Below, piece after piece: positions 1-10,150 of a stretch of DNA of 46,724 nucleotides; positions within the stretch are counted from its first letter, which is position 1, and the number at the start of each line of letters is the position of its first letter. The stretch is from the NCBI RefSeq assembly GCF_018977255.1, contig NW_024705413.1, positions 1-46,724 of the forward strand, in the 5' to 3' direction. The position numbers and the translations under genes are program-made. The DNA is from Callorhinchus milii (lineage: Eukaryota). The notes under the pieces are model-generated. The model was not told where the DNA came from, searched no databases, and saw nothing but the letters and a program-made list of their open reading frames with translations.

Positions 1-1790
1 CCAGACCACCATAGCCCAGACCTCCATAGCCAGACCTCCATAGCCCAGGCCTCCATAGCCAGGCCTCCATAGCCAGGCTCCTATAATAGCGAGAGGTATT
101 GAATGGAGAAGTGGTTCAGCCTCTATCATGCCTTGCATATAGATGTATATAGAACAGGATTATTCGTGAGACTGATGAAGATGGGCCAACGACTTGCCCA
201 TATAAGTTGTCCACGGGTTAACGATGAGACATCGGGAGGTAGGGAGACACATTGTAAAAAACACGTTCAAATGCGTACACAAATGAGAGTTTATGTGCAT
301 GTAAGAATGTGTGAGTGTTTGTGAGCATGTGTGAGTGGGTGCATGAAAATGTGAGTGAGTGTTAGGATGTGAGCGACTATGTACGCGTGACAATATGAGT
401 GTGCGTGTTGGCCTGTGGCCACATTTGAAACATTAAGATGCTCCCTGCTGAACTATGCTGCCTTGCTGGCCTATGCGTTCATTTATTTGAAGATTCCTCC
501 TTTATATGGGTTGTTTGTGTGTTTTTAACATGTCGCCATTTTTTTGCAAGTTACAGATTAGTTTTTTTTATTGGAGGTCACTTATTTGGGCTTTTTCATC
601 ATGCCCCCGTCGCCCACGTGTCTATTTAGATTTTAGACCATGCAACACGTTAACTAAATCGCCTTAGATCAATGTAATATACGATATGACTGTCACTATG
701 TTGAACATATTTCGCACCCTACATAGCCAACCGTGTTAATCGAAAGGTTAGAGCCATCATAACGCACTAATTGGGCACTCCATTCATTCACATTTTTCCA
801 ATGCACTGGCAACAGCACTGTTAAGACGTTTAGCATTGTGATTCTGAGTGAGTGTAGTGGCGCTGAGTTGTAAATGAACTCACTCACCCACAGGGTGGCC
901 CAGGAATCCGTAGATAAAGTGCTCACAGTCTGCTTTCCAACGACAGCTGTGGCAAGGCAGAGACATGCACGCAACACAAATCGACACAGAGACAAAAACA
1001 ATCCCTTCATAGCCTGCATAGCATGTTAGGGCAAGTGCTGTTAGAAGGCATAACGGCCAGCCGCCTTTGTCTCCCCACTGGTGATGTTTATACACTGACC
1101 CCTACAATTATTTTTAATGCTCAGTGAAAGAAAGGCCCAGGACCAGATCAAATATTCTCCACCGTTATTAGTTGTGCGCGGGAATCGAACTCAGGTCACG
1201 GGTTTATAGCACAGTGCGCTAAACACTACACCACAATGCTTCACAAGGATTCCCCTATAGCCTTAACAAACTGTTGGGGCAAGTGTCGTTCACGAGTAGC
1301 AATTATTTAGCAGGTAACGGCACACAAGCGGGGTGAATGACCAGCACCACAGAAATCAAAAAGATAAAGACAGCCATAGAGGCGTGCACCGGACACACAA
1401 ATAGATGCACATACTTAATATTTTTTTATTTACCAGGTAAGGTCGACTGAGATATGTAGCTTTTTTTCAGAAGTGACCTGGTCATGATGATAGCTTAACA
1501 AAGTGGCTGATGTGGAAATGTATAACAGCAGCCAAACACTCTAAAACATGTTTCTGAATGTGGAGGGGAAAATTAGAGAACCTGGATAAAAATCCTCACC
1601 ACCACACAGACTCGCACAGAGACATCCATAGACACTCATAGTCAGACGCAGTCTCGCACTCACAGAGATCCACAGATAGACACACAAAATACAGACTCAC
1701 ACTCACACAGAGATTCCATCCAACTTACGCGTCGCAGTGGCGAGGTGAAAGAGGGCGAGGACGAGGAGAGCTTGAATAGCGGCGGGCCAT
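1..1790 (-). CDS. lamprin: Lamprin copy 1, 5' part only (exons 1729-1790, 888-946, 1-80); apparent frameshifts
   Basis: Same exons and splice sites, but exon 1 is 62 nt (+1 G in a G run), exon 2 is 59 nt (-1 C in a C run), and several GGLGY units lack one C. Every indel is in a homopolymer, so consensus error is at least as likely as pseudogenisation. Confidence 0.85.
1170..1238 (-). repeat. tRNA-derived SINE head or tRNA-like relic in intron 1
   Basis: Minus strand has A-box-like TGGTGTAGTGTTTAG and B-box GAGTTCGATTCCC at tRNA spacing, with no clean cloverleaf. Paralogues at ~14120-14188 and ~27508-27577. Confidence 0.55.
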
Positions 1791-1868
1791 TTTGCTTTCG
1801 GGGTTTTCTGCTTTCGCTGTCGACGACAAGAAAGAAGGGCTTGAGTTGAGGCTGATGAAGCTTCACTT

Positions 1869-1907
1869 CGGAGTGACGAGCCTGGAGTTTGAGCCCCAGC
1901 TTTTAAA
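1869..1907 (-). promoter_or_regulatory. Lamprin core promoter (copy 1)
   Basis: Identical TATA-like and Inr-like arrangement to copy 2. Confidence 0.62.
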
Positions 1908-3029
1908 GGCAGCAACCAGGGGATGGCTTGGCTTTGACCCAGCCAAGACAAGACCTAGCCTCAATAGCTCAGTGTAGCGCTGGCAAACGACAAAAGCAAA
2001 CAACCGCGTCTATTTCCTGTCAAAATACGGGAGGCATTGAAGCTCTCCAAATATTTATGGGGTTTTGGGTTTTTTTTACTTCAGTTTCAGTACATTTCCA
2101 CTCGATACCACTAAATGTTTCATTTGCCTCGATATTAAACTCAAACTAATTATTATTTTTTACCAGGTAAGGTCACTGATAATATGGCTCTTTTCAGAAG
2201 CAACCTGGCCATCACAAATGATAGTACAACGAAGTGGCTGATGAAGCGGTCTACAGGGTACGGTGGTGGAGGCGAAGGCTGAGAGACGAACGGATAATGA
2301 GAAAGGATGAACGATGCTGTGGACGACGCAAGTATGGGATTGAGGTGAGCAAATCGGGGAGCGGTATTCATAAAGTGATGAAGTCTTGGCGAAACGATGC
2401 CAAAAGGGGGAGATGTGAATCGAGGTATTATTGTTTTAGGAAATCATCCAAATTGAATGAGACCAGCAGGGGACGTGGACAAGAATGTGTGTATGAATGA
2501 TTTGGAGCTTTCGTGACTGCAGGAACTGTGACTTTACTGAAAAAACCAAAGCGTGTGTATGTATGTTGAACTTCTTCTGCACCGTACGTTTGAAAACGTG
2601 CTAATTAGAGGTGCGAGGAAGGACAATCAACTAAACACGAAAAGCAGTTCTCTAGAAATTGGTTATCAATCGAGATTACGAGCGCACAGCTCCCAGTGCT
2701 TTCCTAGTATCGGAATAGTGTTCCAGACGGCTGCAGAAGCAAGCATGCCTCTGTTGCCGGCTGCTGTTATTCGTATCTTTTTCACCCTTTTATATAGTAA
2801 TCTATTTCATTTCATTGATCTTAATATTAGTTTTGCACTAGTTTTAGGGGGGGGTGGGTTTGCTTTTAACCATTCAACTCACAACCTGACTTGGCCTTCT
2901 GTAACCGCCACCACGCACAAACCTGTTTTTCCTGGCCACCGTTCATCACGCATAAACACACATTCTGTGTATATGTACACATACTTTTATAAGCTTATAT
3001 TTACTTTCACATTTTAAAAAAGTTTATTT

Positions 3030-3305
3030 TTTATTTTTTTCAGGTAAGACGCACTGAGCGAGGGTAGCACTTTTTCAGAAGTGACGTGCCCACAAATGAT
3101 TGGCTAATGAAGTGGCTTAACACGTGTAAAACTGTAGCAGCAGCCACTCGAACGGATGTTTCTTAATGCGGAGGGAAAAACTAGAGAACCTGGATAAAAA
3201 AAATCCACGACCACGGGGAGAACATGCAAACTCCAAATATACAGGCATTAGGGTCGAGATCGAGCCCACGATTTCCTGTGTACAAGGCGAGGTAGTTAAC
3301 AGCTT
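3030..3305 (-). mobile_element. V-SINE-like tRNA-derived SINE, near full length
   Basis: Minus strand has a B-box-like GGGCTCGATCTC, the V-domain signature GGAGTTTGCATGTTCTCCCCGTG and a 3' tail ..CTTACCTGAAAAAA. Paralogues at ~15925-16200 and ~29375-29650. Confidence 0.75.
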
Positions 3306-3848
3306 GCCACATACATACACCGATTCAGATGAATTCTGACACACACGCACATAGAGCATACACAGACATATACATGCAATATATATTCGCATGCGCTTTG
3401 TACATTAATTAGACCAAAGCTCCCCCGTATAGCCTTAACAGATTGTGGGGCAAGTGTGTTAGCGAGCACTTGTCGGCCACATCGCACACGAGGGAGTTTG
3501 TGGCCAACACTTCCGACCGCTTTGTCTCCACCAGTGGCAACGTTTTTATAGTGCACATCACTAATTAAAACATACACATGAACACACCAACGCATATATA
3601 CAGTACGGTCATATTTCCAAATGCACACACGTAAAGTATATTCACACGACAAAGACACGCAGTCCTATTTTCTCTGAATCCACAACATTTACAACACCAG
3701 CGAGTGCCGAAGTAATTAATACGTTTCGTTTGCGTGACAAACCCGTTAACGTATTCTGTCGGTTGGTGGTGGGTTAACGAGACATTCATATTTCTTCTTG
3801 GTTCTTTTTGGTAAAGTCGCGTGGAAGGAAATAATAAAATAAAATAAA

Positions 3849-3898
3849 TTCTCACGACGTTTCGGCCACAACGCAAGCAGCCGTCTATAGGTGGAGAA
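3849..3898 (-). ncRNA. Degenerate minimal type I hammerhead ribozyme motif in a Penelope-like pLTR fragment
   Basis: TTCTCCAC-CTATAGA-C-GGCTGC-ttgcgtt-GTGGCC-GAAA-CG-TC-GTGAGAA: stem I, stem II, GAAA, palindromic ACGT stem III and a UC site are present, but CUGANGA is mutated. Paralogues at 17663-17712 and 30194-30243 (CTAAAGA). Confidence 0.6.
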
Positions 3899-4932
3899 CA
3901 GGTCTGTCGAGAAGGCAGAATCTGAATGAGACATTCATATTCAAGGGATCTAACCCCCAAAACAGACTTTATTATTTGGACTGAATGTTAAACCGAACAA
4001 AGCTGGGGATTTTGTTTCAGTCCATCGGTGCCCAGTAGTATTCGTCTTGCCCTGCATCTTGCTGCCGTTGCGTTCTCGGTGTGTAATTGACAGGGTCGGT
4101 CGCGTGCTCCGTCACGTGACGCAAAACGGCGACTCGGGGATTGGCTCCTGAGCCGCACGTGCACGTGTATAGGCCACGCCCAGACAGGCACCTGCACGGA
4201 TTCATGCTCTAGCGGTTTGGCTGCAGAGACCCATACAAAATTACTGGACATCATTGACACTCATTAATATTGTCAAATTAGAATATCTCAATAAAAAGCA
4301 ATGCTGACTGTTGATTTTATTGAGTAGTGACATCTGTTGGGTCGTTCTTGTGTTCCGGCATTAATCAGATTTCACCCTTTTCCCCCTGTGATGCAAGGGA
4401 GGCTTGGAAGGCATAATGAATGATGAATATATGCGCTCATAGTCGATTCTGGGCATTTGAATGTGCAGCTCTGGCGATTTTTGGCAGCGGCGGTCTCAAA
4501 ATGGTTGACTATGTACACTGGCAAAATAATTTCAACATACTGTCCATCCACAAAGCACCTCTTTGCTTGATTCAGTCTATGGGAGGATTGAGCAGCGTGA
4601 TGTTGCTTGGCGTTTGGGCCGATGTGGTGTCTCTTGGCAACTTGCAGGGACGAGATCTGAACTTTCGGTGTTTATTTTTGTGTAATTGGCTGGGCCTCGT
4701 TTTTTGGCCCCAAAGTGTTTCAAAACTAAAAGGCGTCCGAGATCCCCCTCAATGGCCGCCTTTGTTGAATTACGTTCACAAGCATCAATAACTTCTTTGT
4801 TGTTGGTCAATCGGAGGTGAATGCAGGCGTATACAGTAATCGGAAGGTGATTAATACATTATGGTTTGTGAACAAACAAAAAACAGGCCATTATTCGGGT
4901 TAATTTTTTTTTATTTTATGTATTTTCAGTTT

Positions 4933-5236
4933 TAAATCCTTTATATTAAGTTCACTTGCTTGCTTGCTTGCGCGCTTACGACCGTGCAAATCTTTCGGTC
5001 GTTTTTTAACCCACTTACCGTTATCCAATCGAGCTGACATTTTGCACACAGACTCGTTGTGCGTGACAATTTATTTTCGTGAAAATTTTTCCATAACTTT
5101 ACACTTTTTAGGATTTTTTTTATATATTTAATTACCAATTGCTTAATGGTGGCAGGCAATCATCTGACCCATAGGTGGCAGCCATCTCAAGCCAGAGGAC
5201 GAGAGGACTCTAGCCGCCACGAATATAAAGGATTTA
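4933..5236. mobile_element. ~300-bp MITE-like element with 15-bp TIRs
   Basis: TAAATCCTTTATATT (4933-4947) and its exact reverse complement (5222-5236). The segment is absent from the homologous site at ~18740. Confidence 0.65.
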
Positions 5237-6369
5237 TAGTGAGAAACTTTGTTTTTACGGGTTAATTTTTCATTTTAAACTGCACAGAATGGCCGCCCTG
5301 TATCCTCGGACTTGGAATTCAGATTAATGCGTTGATGGTACAGAATACTTTCATTGTTGATTCAGATAATGAAAAGGGTGTTTATGTATTCGTTATCAGA
5401 ACACTATTATTTGTCTCACACTATTATTTGTCTCATTTCCTTGAGCTGTGATCTGTGATAGCCAGGTTGCTCAGTCGGTCTTACTTGATATGTAAAATGG
5501 TTAATGTTTTAGATACAAAAGTGACTCAGGAGAGTACTTTTGAATAAAGTGTTAGCAATTGACATTTTGCTTGAACGCCTTATTATTTATATATTTGTGT
5601 ATGTAAAAACGCCGCGGTCCCTAAACTGTGGAATCGGCTCGCACAAAAACAGGCGCCACGTGTCTCAGGCGCCATTGACGTACTTCTCGACCCGTTAATC
5701 GAACCGTTGTTTTCAAAACTTTTTTAAATAAGTTTATTTCTACCCCACGCCGACATTTCCATTGTGTGGTTTAGCATGATGACTTTGGGCAGCAGAGAAC
5801 ACAGGAAAACTCGTAGTAAAAACATTTCTTTGAAACTGATTTTGTATTTGGTTTCTTGTTCTTCCCAGCATCCTGCGATTTGTATGGTTGGCTACCTACC
5901 GTCTGAAGAAGTTTAAAATACACACGTACATAGGGCAGTGTCTCATCGTCACAATCTATTGGTCCGAATGGTGGGGGCATCTATGAACGTAGCAAAAATA
6001 ATAATCGACCACACAACCGTGGAAGTAACCGGGATCCTTTGTCTTTGACGACAGCTATGGACCCACACTGAACCGCGCTCGGAAGCAAGCACGGGAGACG
6101 CTCGGCGTACACGTCGTTCCATGAATAGAAAATGTCAAAGAATCGCCAAACTGCGACCGTGGTGAAGCACCAAACCGTCAAACCCATAGCCGAAGAGTTG
6201 CACCTTCCACTCCACACCCTGGCGGTATTGCTGCAATCCGTACAGCAGCTACTGCTGCCATGGAATAATTGAAAAACCTTGACATTCAACTAAGACATCA
6301 TCTGTACAAACTGTTGCTTCCAATCTCCCCCATGCCTCCCATGATGTACGAAAGAAGATATTGACTTAA

Positions 6370-6684
6370 AGCTTTCGTGACTGCAGAAATTAATATTTGC
6401 ATCTTTCGGTAAAGTCACGTAGATAAGTTAAATTAATAAAAAATAAAACTACGTTTCCATCGCAACACAAGTGGTCGTCATCAGGCGGAGAGAAAAAAAT
6501 TCACGTAGATAGGTTCAAATTGATAAAAAATAAAATAGTTTTTGTTTATTTAATTTAATTTGAACCTATCTCCGTGACTTTACCGAAAGACCCAAAGAAT
6601 ATACGATAGAAGAATCATGATTTGAACCTATCTCCGTGACTTTACCGAAAGACCCAAAGAATATACGATAGAAGAATCATGATT
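6370..6684. mobile_element. Penelope-like pLTR fragments in direct and inverted orientation, with a hammerhead core on the minus strand and a 62-bp tandem duplication
   Basis: Minus 6449-6490 reads CTGATGA-C-GACCAC-ttgtgtt-GCGATG-GAAACGTA. TTTCGGTAAAGTCACG(T/G)AGAT occurs forward at ~6404 and inverted at ~6567 and ~6629. Duplicated units are 6558-6619 and 6620-6681. Confidence 0.6.
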
Positions 6685-7062
6685 CCAAGGGCAGAGGTCC
6701 CGTAGTGGGTGTCTTCCTCTTTCTGGTTCCTTCAATTTTGCCTAACATAATTTACATTTTACTTTTGTCCATCCTCATGTGTGTCCGGATAGTGCAAGTT
6801 TCCTTCTCATTACTGCCTGCATCATCAATTCGTCTTCTTTTATGCGCGATCCTTTTCTTACTTCGACATTGGTTACTCTATGGCTCCAGTAGCAATATAT
6901 TGCAAATGCCAATAGAATCAGAATCTTTATTTAGACTAGAGGAATGGATCAGCTATGAAGCTCTTTTTCACATAAGTCCAATAAGGGTGGATCAGCATAT
7001 TACCTAAAGTTAGAGACTACAGGCGTGAAGCCTCAGTGCTGGTCTCCCAGCATATCACCATA

Positions 7063-7205
7063 ATGGCAGTATGTTAACTACCTTGCCTGGTATACAGGAG
7101 GATGTGGGTTCGATCCCGACTCTTAACGACTGTATATTTGAAGTTTGCATGTTCTGCCCGTGCTTGCATGGATTTTTCTCTGATTCCTCTGGTTTTTCCC
7201 TTTCA
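7063..7205 (+). mobile_element. V-SINE-like SINE, 5' half
   Basis: B box GGGTTCGATCCC followed by GAAGTTTGCATGTTCTGCCCGTG. Paralogues at ~20449-20592 and ~32409-32538. Confidence 0.72.
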
Positions 7206-7528
7206 TAGAATTCTTGTGAAGCTAATGTGCTGTGTGGCTATGCTGAATCTGTACAAGCTGTATCTGTAATTCAAGCCGTAACAATTTAACTGCACTGAAG
7301 ATTCTGGGTGACCAGGTGTCTGGCAGGTTAATCTCTTTTATATGTGAATGGACTAGAAGGTAAACAGTTTACTACTGTGTACGATTTCATACTTTGGTTG
7401 CTTTGGTTAACGATTGGGTCATGTGAGAGTTGGTGTGTAACAATGTACTTCACGCACCCGTTTGCATGCACATACACGGTAGTTGGTTTATGACGCAATG
7501 GCACGCGTAAGGGCAGTGAGTACAGATT

Positions 7529-7534
7529 TTTATT
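7529..7534 (-). terminator. Candidate polyadenylation signal AATAAA for copy 2
   Basis: Overlapping ATTAAA/AATAAA on the minus strand ~400 nt after an acceptor-like site (ctcttgtcag|ctccag|) near 7940. Conserved at 20916-20921 and 32862-32867. Other AATAAA sites (e.g. 8103-8108) are alternatives. Confidence 0.4.
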
Positions 7535-9479
7535 TTAATCCGGAACACAAGAAGGACGTTTCACAGAACATACCCACCCAAGTCGCGTCGGATCAATCCA
7601 GAACTTAACAACCTTCATCAAACTATCCAACAGACACCTGTCCCATCTCATCGGCCGAGGAATTCAATCGTTAAGCCACTCGTAACTTAACATCCGTTAT
7701 CCACAGTGAATTGCCGGCCAATGAAATCATAATCGTGAATGACAAAACCACGACAGCTGTTAATGACACTTGGCGTGAGCAGACACACACAATCCGGTGT
7801 CGAAAATTTTCGACCGACCACTATCAAACGTTTTGGGGCCAAAGTCAACCAGATCTTTGACCCACAATGATCTCTAATTCTTGGAGGAGGATTTGGAGGT
7901 GTCCTCACTTCACGACCGGTTAAAACAAAACTCTGGAGCTGACAAGAGCTAAGTAACGATAGGTGTATACTCAGTGCAGTGGGAGGGGGGCACACACAGA
8001 GATGGGGGAGGGGGCGTTTGGAACCCAGATATCATTCGTATATATATTCATCTGTGAATCAAACTCCCATTGGCATTGCACCCACCATCCCAATCCAGCT
8101 GATTTATTTTTGGTTTCTGTCCAGTCGAACAGTCGATTCCTAAGTCCCATTATGATTAAAATGTTAATATCTTTTCTTTAACAGCTTTCATCACAGACTA
8201 ATTTCAGCCACCAAATTTATTTACTCCCCCAAATTTCAGAATCGGAATCCGTGTGCGTGCTTCCCTCGCCACCAGATTTTAGTTTTTTACGATTAATGTC
8301 AGGGTTCTTTTTAAAATATATATATATTTTGCTATTCGTGGTAGATTTTGTTTTCCAGGTCGTGTTCATTCATCGTCATTTGTGTTAATGCCGAGAAGTT
8401 CAGAAAAACATTATGGACAGATGCCGGCAAACCCGCCCACCCACTTGCATCACGACACTCTCACACGATGACACACTCACGCACTCAAGGGTCCGAATGG
8501 CGTAACTTGCAGGAAATTGACATGGGAGTAGGGGTCAGGAACTTAACGAACGGCAAAAAGATAGCATTGCACCGATGATGAAAATTTGTCTAAGAGTCAA
8601 GGGCTTGGGTAGGATGGGTGGGTCAGTCGGAATGAGTGAGCAGGTATGGGAGGGGAGTAGGTGGTGAACCTATGCTCCCTTTGGTGGGTGGTGGTTGACG
8701 GAGGCTGTCCATAACCTTCATCAAGTCACTTCTTCACCAGAGTCTGGAGTCACTTCCTCAGTCACCACTTTTGTTTGAAGAGACTGCAGAAGGGACGCAG
8801 GGCTGGGCACAGACGCGCACGCATCACAGATCATTAAATTGCACTCAACAAACGTAATCTGCCTTCATGGCCAGCATTATAAATAATCAATTTGTGGGTT
8901 AGGCCTACACAAAGATCAGACCAAATCTGTATCTCTAAGAATCCTATAAGAACTCTTTACCACTGGAGCTATAAACTTTTACATCATCTAGATTGATAAC
9001 TCATTTCTTTAGACCAGCTTTTTGTGTTCAGTTGGTTGTCCTCCCACACTTCCGATGAGCGCAGTTGGCTACGTACGGCGCCAAAGAAGTTTAACATATA
9101 CATAATACGTGTCCCCTCCCCTCCTTCCACAACCCCGATCATACACTCTAACAATTTCTCACTGAAATCGACTCGGGTTTAGCCCAGAGTTTCTAGTTCC
9201 CACGTGGGGTGAAAATAATTGCACTTCCTTTTAAAAGAACAAGCCATGCTTGTGTCTGGGGGATGGGTGAGGCATAATGATAAAGGCGTCGGGGCCTGGG
9301 GAATAAAACTCCGCATACAGAGGAGGAATTCGTGAACCACGAACTTTCCAGATGATCTAAGGAAATTAAACATCGCGTCAAATAAGTTCAGAAGGCAGCA
9401 CGAACTTTTAACGCCGCAAATGCGGGCATGGGCCAACTAGTGCCAAGAATAATGGAACACATTTGCATGGAATAGTTAC

Positions 9480-9521
9480 CTGGTGTGGCAAGTCAACGAT
9501 CGCCCAGCAATTCTCCTGTCA
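9480..9521 (-). other. Candidate small non-coding 3' UTR exon of copy 2 (36 or 42 nt)
   Basis: A strong donor (CG|GTAAGT) lies 10 nt after the stop codon at 10140. Here an acceptor (tgtccgtgtacag| or tgacag|) and a donor (CAG|GTAACT) bracket a short segment conserved in all three units. Confidence 0.45.
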
Positions 9522-10150
9522 CTGTACACGGACATACAAACACCCACGACACATTTAGACAACAGCAACAACAGCCCCTGTCGAATCACCACTAAATGAT
9601 GGTGACGTCACAATGGTGCTTTGCAAGGCTAGTGCACGTTGACTGGGTCAGGTGATGTGTGGCAGGTCATGGTTACAAACCGAGCTGCTATGTACTGACT
9701 GAGATGACTTGCAGATGTTCTCATCACTGTGTTAACTTACCACATTTTATCATCCATGTGGTTGCTCTGGTCATTGTTGTGAGCGTTACCCCTATTGTTG
9801 TCGTTGGGGGACAATAACCTTCATGTGTTCTCTAATCCACGTGTCCCTCCACTGTGTCGAGGAATGTGCATCTCTACACTTTTAATCGCTTTGCCACAAA
9901 TCCACCCAGAAGCTTCAATACTCTATTTTGGAAGGTTATATTCGGTTCGGGAGGTTTGGCTATTATTTTCTCAAGTTTGAGGATCTCTGCATAGGTCTGG
10001 TTTTTGTAAGTCTATGGATGTCTGGGAACAGTTATGGGTCTCTCGAGAAGTGTTTTGGGAGTCTGGGTAGGTGTATGAGTCTCTGTCTTAGTGTACGGGT
10101 CTCTGCATGAGCCTATGGTGTCTCTGCGACCTTCACTTACCGGTGACGAC

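Noticed and set aside
1170..1238. Functional tRNA gene
   Set aside because: A and B boxes are present, but acceptor and anticodon stems do not pair convincingly and copies diverge freely; treated as a SINE head.
3849..3898. Active self-cleaving ribozyme
   Set aside because: G5 (and A6 in two copies) of CUGANGA is mutated, and the other loci lack stem I or part of the core. Reported only as relics.
5401..5435. 17-bp tandem duplication ACACTATTATTTGTCTC
   Set aside because: Ordinary slippage duplication with no sign of function.
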